Shown here in pieces: positions 26,461 through 40,625 of a DNA stretch of 64,000 nt. Below the pieces are notes generated by a model. The model was not told the DNA's origin. It saw only the letters and a program-made list of their open reading frames with translations, and ran no database searches. The stretch lies in NCBI RefSeq assembly GCF_902713615.1, contig NC_052159.1, forward strand, positions 109,545,877-109,609,876, written 5' to 3'. How positions within the stretch are numbered: position 1 is the first letter of the stretch; each line of letters starts with the position of its first letter. The position numbers were made by a program, and so were the translations under genes. The DNA is from Scyliorhinus canicula (taxonomy: Eukaryota).

Positions 26461-27649
26461 ACTAACATTTTTGGATAACTGGCCTCGTCAGCTTTTCTTT
26501 GTTATATTGCAAACCTCGAGACATCTAGGTGCCTTGATTTTTTAAAATTAGGGATGGCTCAGGAACCCTGCCCACCAGGTCCCGATTACAGGATTCCGAA
26601 CACCATTCCTGGGGTTTCTAATTTTCAGCTGTACCTTTTCAGGGAGAGGGCTGATTCGGGTCAAGTGCAGACACACTGCACACCTGACTGGGCGACTCTA
26701 TTGCCGTATAGTCACGTCCTAATCCTGTGCAATTTCCACGGAGTCAGACCAGCTTTTCAAAGTAATTATTCATAACACCTCAGAGGTGTCATGCACCATA
26801 ATTTGCAGCTTGGATTTTCATTCACAGGTCAGGGAAAACTCCTAGCTCACACTTCCTGCCGAGGGGAAAAGTGTCCACAAGGATTTTTTTTTATCATGGG
26901 CAGGAGGGTGTGGGCTGCAGTCGGGCCAGCTGACTGGGAAAATGTTTGAAGGGAACCACAGGACCCTCTGTGTGTGGAGGTGGGCTATTCAAAAGATTTT
27001 CTCAGTTATAATAGATACAAAAGGCCCTCCACCGCTCACCGTCCTCCCCACAAAATTCCCATACCCCATCTCATACCCCCAAGTACATTATGTTTCATTG
27101 TACCCCATGCTCAGACATGCCTTACAAATAGCCCCTGTGGCTCTTCATGCCTTCTGTGCTAATCCGTATTACGCTTATGCCTATTCAACAACTATACACT
27201 GTGTCAAAGCAATGAATCATATAGTGAGAGTAGGATGCATAAAAAAGCCTTCAATAAGGCAATTCATTCATAAAATTAACCTTTGTTACAGCCCAATAAA
27301 AGTGGCATTCTTCCAAACCCTTTAAAGTTCCAATTGAAGAAAGAGCAAACACATGAAATCTCTTCATCTTGTATGGATGGACATTGTGAAATTGACAGAA
27401 GAGTTCAGTAGGTCAGAGCTGTCAATAAATCAATGGTTTATCTGGGGCACATGTGTTTTGGCACTCTAATGTGTAAATGGGCCTCTAAATCAAAAATACA
27501 AAACGAGGCCTATCTGAGACCCCATAAAACCATTAGCAACTCATAATCTGCTCAATTTACCCTGCAAGGTCCTGATGCAAACATATGGATATTTGTTCCA
27601 AAATTGGGAGAGATGTCCCACATTTAGTCAAGCATGGTTACACATTATC

Positions 27650-28520
27650 ATTTGCTACTCAGACACTGAAACAGTCCACGTCCACATGCAGCAAGATCTG
27701 GACAACATTCAAGCTGGGCTGATGAATAACAGTCGTTCCTCCCAGGTGCCACACAGTGATGTTTCCATCAAGAGGGAATCTAACCATCTCACATTCATTT
27801 TCAATAACATTATCATTGCTGAATTCTCCACTATCAACATTGTGGGGGTAACCTTGACCAGAAGCCTAACTGGAACACCCTGTGTCTATAAATTCTGTGC
27901 CTCCGAGAGGAAGTAGACACTCACTTACTCAAAGCTCTTTCACCAACTACAAGGCACAGGTCATGAATGTGATGGAAAGGGGCAGCACGGTGGCACAGCG
28001 GTTAGCATTGCTGACTCATGGTGCCGCCGTCCCAGGTTCGATCTCAGCACTGAGTCACTGTCCATGTGGGGTTTGCACATTCTCCCCATGTTTGCGTGGG
28101 TTTCGCCCCCATAACCCAAAGATATGGTAGGAGGATTGGCCACAGTAAATTGTGCCTTAATTGGAAAAAATGAATTGGGTGCTCTAAATTTATAATCCTA
28201 TCTCGAAATCTATCAACCTCTGCTTTGAACATGTCTCTACTTGCCTTGAGAGCAGTTTCAATAATACTCAATCAATCTGGCACCATCCAGGATAAACCAG
28301 CCTGCTTGATCATAGTGGCATAGCATAGTAGCAATAGTGTGTACCATCCAAAAGGTACACTGCAGAGATGTGCCAACCTCCATCAACTGCACCCAAATTT
28401 CTGGCCTCTTGCCACCTGCAAGAACAAGGGCAGCAGATGCATGGGAACACCACTATCTTCAAGCTCTCCTCCATGTCACAGGACATTCAGACTTGGCACT
28501 ATATTGCCACTCTGAGCCAG
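27650..28520 (+). mobile_element. L2-type LINE fragment containing a short HE1 SINE (27979-28193, +)
   Basis: MQQDLDNIQA.., YKAQV..VME interrupted by the SINE. Confidence 0.65.
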
Positions 28521-29304
28521 AGACACACATCAAATCGACAAATAATTTTCAAACATTGAAATTGCATTTGCCACATCTTTCCTTAAAATGTTGACCCAAA
28601 ATGGCTTGACAGAGGGGCATCTATTGCATCAAAATCAACTTTGTTTTTAAATCAATTGTCTGATTGACAGCACAACTGGTAACGAATTTGTGGATTTACC
28701 CAGTGCTCATAGTCATGTAAAACACATCCAAATTGCATATCCTAACACAATGATGCACGTTAGGCAACTACTTCAGAACAGTCCACATCCCCTCAAAACC
28801 TTGCTAATGCAATAAGACTTTATTATGTTTAAACCTCAACCATTTATTGTTAACCCATAAATATGTATTACCATACATGGCTTCAGTCTCCATTCTAGCT
28901 CCTTCCAGGCTCTACTCCCAAATCATCTCTCTACATCATACCATGGGTGGGACGTTCTTCTGTTCCACAGTAACCTTTGTTCTGCTAAACACCTTTATAC
29001 TACAGTGGCATGCTGCTACACTTTAAGCGCACGTATAGTCGCATTGACAGAACCTGGGTCTAGCTGCTGTCTCATACAGAACTCGATGACTGCTCAAGAA
29101 ATTCATCCAATCACTGCGAATAAATCCATTTATTCCTGACCATGCTACAGCATTCCATCTGAGCAGCAGCCCAGTGGTGTTTATGTTCCCCTTTTGCTGC
29201 TGTGAAAGCATCAGGAATAGTGACCCATTCCAATCAATTGTAGCAATGTCTAGTTGCTGATTTAACTGTTGAATTGAGCAATCCGCCACATTAAAAGTTA
29301 CTCT

Positions 29305-32300
29305 GAACAAAGAACGAAGAACAAAGAAAAGTACAGCACAGGAACAGGCCCTTCTGCCCTCCAAGCCTGTGCCGACCATGCTGCCCGTCTAAACTAAAAT
29401 CTTCGACACTTCCTGGGTCCGTATCCCTCTATTCCCATCCTATTCATGTATTTGTCAAGGTGGCCCTTAAATGTCACTATTGTCCCTGCTTCCATCACCT
29501 CCTCCAGCAGCAAGTTCCAGGCACCCACTACCCTCTGTGTAAATAAACTTGCCTCGTACATCTCCTCTAAACCTTGCCCCTCGCACCTTAAACCTATGGC
29601 CCCTAGTAATTAACCCCTCTACCCTGGGAAAAAGCCTCTGACTATCCACTCTGTCTATGCCCCTCATAATTTTGTAGACCTCCATCAGGTCGCCCCACAA
29701 CCTCCGTCGTTCCAGTGAGAACAAACCGAGTTTATTCAACCGCTCCTCATAGCTAATGCTCTCCATACCAGGCAACATCCTGGTAAATCTCTTCTGCACC
29801 CTCTCTAAGGCTCCACATCCTTCTGGTAGTGTGGTGATCAGAATTGAACACTATACTCCAAATGAGGCCTAACTAAGGTTCCATACAGCTGCAACATGAC
29901 TTGCCAATTCTTATACTCAATGCCTTGGCTAATGAAGGCAAGCATGCCGTATGCCTTCTTGACTACCTTCTCCACCTGTGTTGCCCCTTTCAGTAACCTG
30001 TGGACCTGTACACCTAGATCTCTCTGACTTTCAATACTCTTGAGAGTTCTACCATTCACTGTATATTCCCTACCTGCATTAGACCTTCCAAAATGCATTA
30101 TCTCACATCATGTTCTATAATAGTGTAGAGGGAATTTAGAGGGGTTTCACAGCACGGCGCAACACCGAGGGCTGAAGGGCCTGTACTGCACTGTAATGTT
30201 CTATGTTCTATGTTCTATTTGTCCGGATTAAACTCCATCTGCCATTTCTCTGCCCAAGTCTCCAAACGATCTAAATCCTGCTGTATCCTCTGACAGTCCT
30301 CATCACTATCCGCAATTGCACCGACCTTTGTGGCGTCTTCAAACTTACTAATCAGACCAGTTACATTTTCCTCCAAATCATTTATATATACTGCGAACAG
30401 CAAAGGTCCCAGCACTGATCCCTGCGGAACACCACTAGTCACAGCCCTCCAATTAGAAAAGCACCCTTCCATTGTTACTGTCTGCCTTCTATGACCAGTT
30501 CTGTATCCATCTTGTATGAGGGGCCAGTTCTGTATCCACCTTGCCAGCTCACCCCTGATCCCGTGTGACTTCACCTTTTGTACCAGTCTACCATGAGGGA
30601 CCTTGTCAAAGGCCTTACTGAAGTCCATATAGACAACATCCACTGCCCTACTTGCATCAATCATCTTTATGACCTCGTTGAAAAACTCTATCAAGTTAGT
30701 GAGACACGACCTCCCCTTCACAAAACCATGCTGCTTCTCACTAATACGTCCATTTGCTTCCAAATGGGAGTAGATCCTGTCTCAAAGAATTCTCTGCAGT
30801 AATTTCCCTACCACTGACGTAAGGCTCACCGGCCTGTAGTTCCTTGGATTATCCTTGCTACCCTTCTTAAACAAAGGAACAACATTGGCTATTCTCCAAT
30901 CCTCCGGGACATCACCTGAAGACAGTGAGGATCCAAAGATTACTGTCAAAGCCTCAGCAATTTCTTCTCCAGCCTCCTTCAGTATTCTGGGGTAGATCCC
31001 ATCCGACCCTGGGGACTTATCTACCGTAATATTTTTCAAGACACCCAACACCTCGTCTTTTTGAATCTCAATGTGACCCAGGCTATCTACACACCCTTCT
31101 CCAGACTCAACATCCACCAATTCCTTCTCTTTGGTGAATACTGATGCAAAGTATTCATTTAGTACCTCGCCCATTTCCTCTGGTTCCACACATAGATTCC
31201 CTTGCCTATCCTTCAGTGGGCCAACCCTTTCCCTGACTAGCCTCTTGCATTTTATGTACGTGTAAAAAGCCTTGGGATTTTCCTGAACCCTGTTTGCCAA
31301 TGACTTTTCGTGACCTCTTCCAGCCCTCCTGACTCCTTGCTTAAGTTTGTTCCTACTTTCCTTATATTCCACAAAAGCTTCATCAGTTCCCAGCCGTCTA
31401 GCCCTGACAAATGCTTCCTTTTTCATTTTGGCATGGGCTACAATATCTCTTGTTGTCCAAGGTTCCCGAAATTTGCCGTATTTATCCTTCTTCCGCACAG
31501 GAACATGCCAGTCCTGAATTCCTTCCACTGTTCCCGAAATGCTCCCCTACTGAAACTTCGACCACCTAGCCGGGCTCATTCCCCAATACCAGGTCCAGTA
31601 CAGCCCCTTCCCTATTAGAACAGAGAACATAGAACATAGAACACTACAGCGCAGTACAGGCCCTTCGGCCCTCGATGTTGCGCCGACCTGTGAAACCATC
31701 TGAAGCCTATCTGACCTACACTATTCCATTTTCATCCATATGTCTATCCAGTGACCACTTAAATGCCCTTAAAGTTGGCGAGTCTACTACTGTTGCAGGC
31801 AGGGTGTTCCACACCCCTACTACTCTCTGAGTAAAGAAACTGCCTCTGACATCTGTCCTATATCTCTCACCCCTCAATTTAAAGCTATATTGTTTTAAGA
31901 AGCCCTCCTGGATGCTCCTTACAAACTCTGCCCCGTCCAAGCCCCCAGCACTAAGTGAGTCCCAATCAATATTGGGGAAGTTGAAGTCTCCCATCACAAC
32001 CACACTGTTGGTTTTACTCATTTCCAAAATCTGTCTACCTATCTGCTCCTCTATCTCCCGCTGGCTGTTGGGAGGCCTGTAGTAAACCCCCAACATTGTG
32101 ACTGCTCCCTTCTTATTCCTGATCTCTACCCATGTAGCCTCGCTGCCCTCTGACGTGTCCTCCCGTAGTACAGCTGTGATATTCTCCCTAACAAGTAGCG
32201 CAACTCTGCCACCCCTTTTACATCCCCCTCTATCCCGCCTGAAACATCTAAATCCTGGAACTTTTAGCTGCCAATCCTGTCCTTCCCTCAACTAGGTCTC

Positions 32301-33980
32301 TGTAATGGCAACAACATCATAGTTCCAAGTACTAATCCAAGCACTAAGTTCATCATCCTTACCTGTTATACTTCTTGCAGTAAAACATATGCACTTCAGG
32401 CCACCAGACCTGCTGTTTTTAGCAACATCTCCCTGTCTGCTCTTCCTCAGAGCCATACTGGCCCTATTCCCGAGTTCTCCCTCAATGCTTTCTCCTTCTG
32501 ACCTATTGCTCCGATACCCACACTCCTGCCATTCTAGTTAAACCCTCCCGTGTGACACTAGCAAACCTCACGGCCAGGATATTTATGCCTCTCCAGTTTA
32601 GATGCAACCCGTCCTTCTTATACAGGTCACACCTGCCCCGTTAGAGCTCCCAGTGGTCCAGATAACGAAACACTCCTTCCTACAACAGCTGTTTAGCCAC
32701 GTGTTTAGCTGCTCTATCTTCCTATTTCTAGCCTCACTGGCACATGGCACAGGGAGTAATCCCGAGATTACTACCCTAGAGGTCCTGTCTTTTAACTTTC
32801 TGCCTAGCCCCCTGAACACCTGCTGCAGGACCTCATGCCCTTCCTGCCTATGTCATTAGTACCAATATGTACAACAACCTCCGCCTGTTTGCCCTCCCCC
32901 TTCAGGATGCCCGCTACCCATTCGGAGGCATCCTGGACCCTGGCACCAGGGAGGCAACATACCATCCTGGAGTCACTTTCACGTCCACAGAAGCACTTAT
33001 CTGTGCCCTTGACTATAGCGTCCCCTATAACTATTGCTCTTCTGCGCTTTGACCCTCCCTGCTGAACATCAGAGCCAGCCGTGGTGCCCCTGCTCTGGCT
33101 GCTGCTGTTTTCCCCGATAGGCTATTCCCCCCGACAGTATCCAAAGGGGTATACCTGTTCGAGAGGGAGACAACCACAGGGGATTCCTGCACTGACTGTC
33201 TGCCCCTTCTCGTGGTCACCCATTTCTCTGCCTATACCTTGGGTGTGACCACATCTATATAACTGCTATCTGTGACGCTTTCCGCCACCTGCATGCTCCT
33301 AAGTGCATCCAACTGCTGCTCCAACCGAACCATGCGGTCTGTGAGGAGCTCTAGTTGGGTGCACTTTCTGCAGATGAAGCTATCCGGGATGCTGGAAGCC
33401 TCCCGGACCTGCCACATCTCACAGTCAGAGCCCTACATCCCTCTAGTAAATTAGTAAATTAAATTTAAAACAATTTTTTTTAAAGTTACTGTTAACTATA
33501 TGTTTTCTAGCACTAGATTTCTACTATAAATGTGAAAGCTAAATATAGTACTCTCCGATCTCTGGCTTAGGTACCCCTCTAAATTCTAATTAAGTAATTA
33601 TGTTTAATTAGTTTAACAATGCTTGATTTTTTAATTTAGTGTAGATTCCCAACTAGCCAATCAGGTCACAGCTTTACTGTGATGTCACTTCAGTATCCCC
33701 CCCCCCCCCCCAACCCCACACACACACACACAATTTGAAAAGGTAATAAAAATAAAAATGAATAAAAATCACTTACCTTCCCAGGTTCTCAGATGCTCTC
33801 TGGTTCTATCCCTTCTGATTAAAAGTTACAGGCCAGAAGAAAGAGATAGAACAAAACAGTAGGGAAAAAGCACCTTCTCCCACTCTGCACCGAATTACCT
33901 CACTGCACCAAATTACCAAGTTCCAAATTCCCACTCTGGATGTGTCTCACTCCGGCTGTGTCAACTTCACTTGCGCAAAG
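29305..33980 (-). mobile_element. Near full-length CR1-clade LINE: ORF1 (Cys/leucine zipper plus SGNH esterase) and ORF2 (endonuclease, RT); disrupted
   Basis: ORF1 FICRKC..LEQQLDAL and RVVISGLLPVP; [12 protein letters not shown]; RT QHGFVKGRSCLTNL..GVPQGSVLGPLLF; (TTCTTTG)n tail. Nested LINE 3' fragments at ~30108-30216 (+) and ~31616-31886 (-). Confidence 0.92.
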
Positions 33981-34581
33981 CTGCATAATGATGTTTATTC
34001 TATTGTCATTTTATCCACTGTGCTGTTCCCCAAAAGGTAAAATAAAATAATAGCTTGGGCCGTACCTGAGGCAACAGTGACTGATTGTGGTGAGCTGTCA
34101 TTATGGCCTCAAGCCTTCAGAGGTGCACAAATTTAAATCAGCAAGCATCTAAGTTATGCCAATTTTCTTCAAGTATTCCTCCATTTGCATTTTTCCATGA
34201 ATGACTGATTTGAGATGATTTGTATCAAATCATCTCTCCACCAAAGTTGCAATATTTTGTTCTCCTCTTGGACAGAAATGCTACTTATTATTAACTGAAG
34301 TATCCGCACACCCGATAAACTGTTTTAGACTACTGCCTGCAAATTGTCTTCAAATTTCAATGAGTGATTTCAACACAGTCGCTGATTGATTCTGAGCTAT
34401 GGTTATTTTAAAATCATATTTATTCCTTCGGCAGTACTACCCCATGGAACATCGGAGCAGCGGTAGGCCATTCATCAAGCCTGCTCTGTCATTCAATATG
34501 ATCGTGTCTGACCATCTGCATTTTCCCCACACTATCTCCATATCCCTTCATGTCCTTGGTATTTATAAATTTGTCAATATC

Positions 34582-34841
34582 TATCATTTAGTGCAGAAGG
34601 AGGCCATCTGGCCCATCAAGTCTGCACTGCCCCTCCGAAAGAGCATGCTACCAAAACCCACAATTCCCCGCCCTATCCCTGTAATCCCATGCATTGATCA
34701 TGGCCAATTCACTTAACCTGCGCATCTTTGGACTATGGGAGGAAACCAGAGCACCCGAAGGAAAACCACAGTCACCAAGGCTCGAATTAAACCCATGTTG
34801 CTGGTATTATGATGCAGCAGTGCTAAATACTGTGCCACCGT
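34582..34841 (-). mobile_element. HE1/V-SINE (internally deleted)
   Basis: Tail plus partial V-domain and head. Confidence 0.8.
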
Positions 34842-35367
34842 ACTTGAAATATATTTAATAACACAACTTTCACAGCCTTCTGTGTAAGGCATTCCAAAGA
34901 ATTACAACCCTCTGAGGAGTTACTATTCCCCAGATTACAAACATGTGCTTGAGCCACTGATTTTTTTCTTATCTATTCTACTCCAGCTCCAAGTATGTTG
35001 GGTATATTGACATCATCAATACCCAACTGCCATTTTAACTATACCATCTGCTAGGAACTATACCATCTGCTAGGAACATGAAAGGGAAACTCTGTTAGGG
35101 ATCCTTGCAGGCTTCTATTGGCTTCACTCATTCTGATCAAGGAACCCAGCAACCTCCCTCCCCCCCAGCAACCTCCCTCGCCCCCACCCCCACACAACCC
35201 CCCCTCCTCCTCCCCCACACACAACCCCCCTTCCTCCCCTCTCCCCCACACAACCCTCCCCTCCCCCCCCCCCCACACACAACGCCCCTCCTGCTCTGCT
35301 CTGCATGAACAAGTGCCAGACAGCACGCCAGCAGGATCAAGGAAATAAATACAAATGGGTGATCACT

Positions 35368-35588
35368 AAATAAATTTAGTGTACCCAATTCATTTTTTCC
35401 AATTAAGGGGCAATTTAGCATGGTCAATCCACCTACCCTGCACATCTTTGGGTTGTGAGGGTGAAACCCACGCAAACACAGGAAGAATGTGCAAACTCCA
35501 CATGGACAGTGACCCAGAGCCGGGATCGAACCTGGGACCTCGGCGTCGTGAGGCAGCACGGCTAACCCACTGTGCCACCATGCTGCCC
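35368..35588 (-). mobile_element. Short HE1-related SINE
   Basis: Reverse complement of the 26236-type SINE. Confidence 0.88.
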
Positions 35589-36096
35589 ACAAATGGGTGA
35601 TAATGACCAGTTTGCATCTATTTAGCATGCCCAGCGCACTATGATCAGCGCTCCCATGATTCTCTGGTCCCTGTGATTGGGAATCACGTGGGCGATGTCC
35701 ACCTGTGGTCTCAGCAATCATGGACCTGCCGTGGTGGACCTCAGGGTGGGCCAAGGGGGCAAAGGCTGCCCCTTGACACACCGCAAGGTCCACCATGGCA
35801 AGGTCATGATTGTAGAGACCATCTGAGCCCATTCCACCCCCAACCCAATGCAAATCAGCCCCGAAATCCCCCCCCCCCCCCCCAACACCGCACAGCACCC
35901 CTCAACTCCCAGATTGCCTGGGTGTCTCACCGCCCACTCCCAACTACGGCGATGACCCGACCCGCACCCTCCCACCCCTCCCCCCCAGGGACTGCTGTAA
36001 TAGGAGCCCCTCCCCACAGAGACCTCTGTATTGGGTGACCTCCCCACCCCGCCACAGTGAGCCGTTGCCTAAGAGAATTCCCTCCACAGACCCCAC

Positions 36097-37681
36097 TGTG
36101 GTAAACCACTGTATTGCATTGTATTGCGTTGTTACATGCCTGGGCTTGTCCCGGCTAGCTCCGCCTGTGGCTCCTCCCCTCGGGCTCATGTATAAGGGTG
36201 GCGAGTCTCCGCCTCTGACCCAGTCGGGATCAGAGGTCAGGAGGCTTGCTGTTTCGTGTATTAAAGCCTCAGTTGCATTCAAAACTCGTCATGTGTTTAT
36301 TGATGGCATATCAATTTAATACACTAAACTTCTAAGATGAACTCAACGCTCAAGTCTGATTGCCTGGAGCTGAATCCACAGGCAGCTGGTGCCACAGAAA
36401 CATTCGAGCACTGGCTAAGCTGCTTCGAAGCGTACCTCGGATCCTTCACCGAAGACTTCACAGATCTTCAGAAGAAGCAGATCCTCCATGCACGGGTGAG
36501 CCCACGAGTCTTTCTTCTCATCAGGGACGTCCCCTCGTATACGGAGACAATAATGCTGCTGAAGGGACAATATGTGAACTCCGTTAACGAGGTGCTAGGC
36601 ACCTCCTTGCCACAAGATGACAACGCCCTGGGGAATCACTTGCAGAATTCCTGAGTGCTTTGCGCGTACTCTGCCGGAACTGTAATGCCAGGCCATATTG
36701 GCTACTCAGCACGCGGAGCTGCTGATCAGAGATGCATATGTCGCAGGCATGAAATCAAACAATATCCGCCAGCGATTACTAGAAGGTGGTACACCCGGCC
36801 TCCCAGAGACAGTGGAACTCTCAAACTCACTTGAGGTGGCCTCCCAGAACATGCAGACTTACACCTCTGACCGCGCGGCACCCTCGTGGACCTCGTGGAT
36901 GCAACCATCATCTGACCCGGGCGCGACGCAAGCCTGTGCCGCTCAGCGGCCCGCCAACGCCGGAGGCTGAAGGTGCTGCTTTTGCGGCCAGCTTAATCAC
37001 CTCAGACAAAGCTGCCCTGCATGGAACGTGACTTCCAGCAGGTGTGGGAGGATGGGCCACTTTGCAAAAACCTGCCAGGCCCGATCACCCCCGAAAACCT
37101 CTAGGCCCATCAGCGCTGCCTGCTGCCTGTCGGGGCCGCCCCAGCTGCCGAGCCACCCACCATGTGCAGCCCATGGGTGCTGCCATCTTCGCTGCCATGT
37201 TCAATTTCGGCTGCCACGTGCAACCGATGGGGGCCACCACCTTAAACGCATTCTCCTCCCGCCACGCACTGCCCAGAGGGGCCGCCATCTTGGATGCCAT
37301 CGCCAAGGCCTCCCGCCACGCGCGACTCATGGGGGCCACCGTCTTGGGACCACTCCGCAGCCTCCCGGGAGCCTGGCTCACCCGACCATACGCTGGCCGC
37401 CGCTACCTCCGACCGGCCTACCAACCGCCTTCCGAAGCTCGCCTCCATCATGCTCGACCAGCTACCGGCCTCACCACCTCACAAAGTCTACGATGACCGT
37501 CCGGATGAATGGGCACGAGATGGCCTGTCTTTTTGACTCGGGGAGCACAGACAGCTTCATAGACCCAGATACGGGAAGGCGCTGCTCCAGTTCAGGATCA
37601 GAGGCCAGGAGGCTTGCTGTTTAGTGTATTAAAGCCTCAGTTACGTTCATCACTCGTCGTGTGTTTATTGATGGCACATCA
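36097..37681 (+). mobile_element. Gypsy element B (related to A), internally deleted: 5' LTR 36097-36313, gag-PR, partial 3' LTR 37587-37681
   Basis: gag MNSTLKSDCLELNPQA..FEHWLSCFEAY, knuckle relic RCGRMGHFAKTC, PR LFDSGS; CCCCAC on both flanks. Confidence 0.85.
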
Positions 37682-37889
37682 CCCCACCCCCACACACACA
37701 GACACCTCTCCCACAGAAAGGGACCCCTGTCTGGAGGTGAGAGAACAGTCCAGACAGAGGTTGTGGGAAGCATTATAGCTGTAATATTTATTTTCTGCTC
37801 CAGGTTTCCATCCCTTAAAGGAGAGCAGCTGGGCCCACATCTGGTTCCCACAGATCCACTATTTGTAATCCATTCATGGCTTTCGAGTA

Positions 37890-38160
37890 GTGATTGACAG
37901 CTCGTGAAAACCATCTGCAACTCACGGATGCTCTTGCAAGCTGCAGTTTGGGAAATGCCACACAGGTCCCCGCTTCAGTCCTGAAAGAAACCAGTTGCAT
38001 AAAAGTTCAGAACTGCGGTGACCTTCACGGCCACCTGGAGTGGGTGACCTCCTTCTCCACATGTACCAAGTCCGTGAGGATGGTGCACAGGTGTCACACT
38101 GTCTCTTTGTTGAGACGGAGTTTCCAGTGACACATGTTGTCCATTATCTCCTCGAAAGAC
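37890..38160 (-). pseudogene. Harbinger DDE transposase relic
   Basis: LRLNKETV..HPLQVAVKVTAVLNFYATGFFQ..GDLCGISQ is typical of HARBI1-like transposase N-termini. Confidence 0.7.
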
Positions 38161-40442
38161 CAATGACACCTTGGGCCATCGCTTGTGTCCCCTCTGGGTT
38201 CCCCTGGGCTCCCCCTGGGCCTAATGGGCAGCCAGGGCTTCAGGGTATGTGGTGGTCCCCTACACATGGGGTGCCCTCGACAGCCTGCGTCGATGCTGCT
38301 GCGGCCTACTCCAGCATTTGCTTGCCTTGGCTGCCCCCAGCACCGGCAGGGCAGCTCCTGCGGGACCGACAGCACAGCCAAATTGTTATATCTCTAAGGA
38401 ATTGGACAAGGAGAAATCAGTTAGGGCTTCCACCCCGGGACCCACGAGTCCTTCAAGCCTCCCCCACCCTAATGTGTTCCCCCTTCTCTCGAGAGTGCCA
38501 TTCAGTGAGACAGTTGTGCTGGAAATACTCATTCTGCACACTCACCCCCGGACATAGCAGGAGCTCCTATACCCAAATCCAGACCCCTGCCGCGCCCCCC
38601 CCCCCCCCCCCCCCCACCCCAATGACCCCTGATCCACACACTTACCCTATTGTTGAGTATTTGATTGTTGGCTGCTGCCTCTTTGTTGCTGATGCTTCTA
38701 GAATTGGGACAAACTGTTCAGGCTTCAAAGTTTGATTGAAATGCGATGCGATAATCATTATCTGAGACATGGCATGTGTACCCATGAGAAACCACTTGAG
38801 AATATTGTTCATTAAACGGTCAGCAGTATCAATGATTTGAAAATCAACCATGTAACATTCCACATATCTCAAAACAGGAAGGAAACATCAATACAAATCT
38901 ACATCAGCTCATTTTCATAAAAGATTCCAAACACACGGTATCACCCTCATAGGTTCCTCAACAGAAACAGAGAATAGGCCTGAGAATGTGTCATCACGTC
39001 CAGACCTCTGTCGTAGAAATGATCTGTCCATCAATGTGTTACTTGATCCATGTATCAGTGCCATTCTCCGTCCAGGAGCCTCAGTTGTGCAGGCCCTCCC
39101 ACATGGCCCAATCTCACCGGAACCAAACCCTGGCATCCACATATACCACCGGCACTCAAGGTGCAGTTAAACATCCTTGACCTCCAGTGTGTTTAAGCCA
39201 TGATGACTTTAACCCATGACTCACCACACCAGCAAAAAAAGCATCATCAAACTGTGAAAGCATTTCATCAATGGCATCATCAGGTGGCCCATTTGGATCA
39301 ATGTCACGCACTAGCTCCCGCAGCGTCTTCTTGCTTCAAACCGGATTGCCTTCTGGACGCATATGTTCCCCCTGATTCCGGCGTTCCAGGACTCAGGTAT
39401 CTTAGAAAAACATTATCCTTCTTTCCGGCTACAGAAAAGGAAGGAAACAGCAACTGCAGCCTCGAGTCATCTGCAGCCACCAGCAGGAGCAAACAGCAAA
39501 CACAACCTGCAACTGTGAAGTGCTCTCACAACTAACAAGGCCAATTCCTCATCAGCAATACCCTTCAGCTGTGAAACTAGACAGGGCTCACAGTCAAAGG
39601 GAGTTAAAGTAACCTGCAGTACGAAACAAGAACAGAGCACCATCTTGGAAGTGCTTGGTAGGACAGATAGGCAGCAGCTGTAGTTAACCCTGCTGTCGGA
39701 ATCCTCAGTATTTAAAGGTGGCTTGAAGGCCTCACAGATGAAAGACAGCTTCCCCCCCCCCCCCCCCCCCCCCACCACCAGTCCAGGAGTGACCCCCCCC
39801 AACCTGGGACACTTCAAACCTCCCAACCTAGCCCAACTCCTGAGATTGCACCCAGCCCACCCAGAGAACTGGAGCAGCAGCTCCGGTGCCCTTGAGCTGC
39901 ATGCCCGAAAATGGAAATAGCTACTCACCTCCTCACATTCCCCTCAGCAGCCATTGCACCTCCATCATGTTTTTAAACTGGAGTACTAAATGATGCCCGT
40001 ATGATTTCTCATTGGGGAGCCAGTTAATTCCCGGGAGGCCTTTGCATTTGACTTCAATCTCGCTACTGAGATGGATATGAATGTAAAAGAGGATTGATGA
40101 TACGTTTGTTATATTTGGGTAAGATCTGGAACTCACCATCGTGAGCGAGCCGCTTAGATAGCAAACTGATTCGCGCCTACCGTGAATCTCAATTTTGGCT
40201 TTTGCCGCTATATAACTGGCACGCCCAAATCTGCGCCTGGTCCAACACAGTGGTTAAATTGTGCCCACAGTGAAAGCAGACAAATCAAAACCATACTGCA
40301 TATCATGGGACATAAACAGCATTAACCTGACCAAAGCATTCTTTTCTTCAGTTAAAGACAGCTACTGGGCTCAAATGTATTTTTGTTTTCTTCCCAGACC
40401 TCTTAGTTTCTCATATTGTTGTTAAATCTGAAGTACTTCCAT

Positions 40443-40625
40443 CTGGTTTAGCTCACTCGGCTAAATCGCTGGCTTTTAAAGCAGACCAAGCAGGCCAGCA
40501 GCACGGTTCGATTCCCGTACCAGCCTCCCCGGACAGGCGCCGGAATGTGGCGACTAGGGCCTTTTCACAGTAACTTCATTGAAGCCTACTCGTGACAATA
40601 AGCGATTTTCATTTTTTCATTTCAT
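40443..40625 (+). mobile_element. Short tRNA-derived SINE (second family)
   Basis: CTGGTTTAGCTCA..GGTTCGATTCCCG head plus the GAATGTGGCGACTAG tail; further copies at 45330-45502 (-) and 53060-53226 (-). Confidence 0.8.

Noticed and set aside
31716-32291. 191-aa ORF as a novel fusion protein
   Set aside because: Chance in-frame join of the CR1 endonuclease with an inserted LINE 3' fragment.
35150-35290. Poly-C/G-quadruplex tracts and Pro/Gly-rich ORFs (also 1490-1620, 19600-19635, 46608-46650)
   Set aside because: Low-complexity sequence, mostly within transposon debris.
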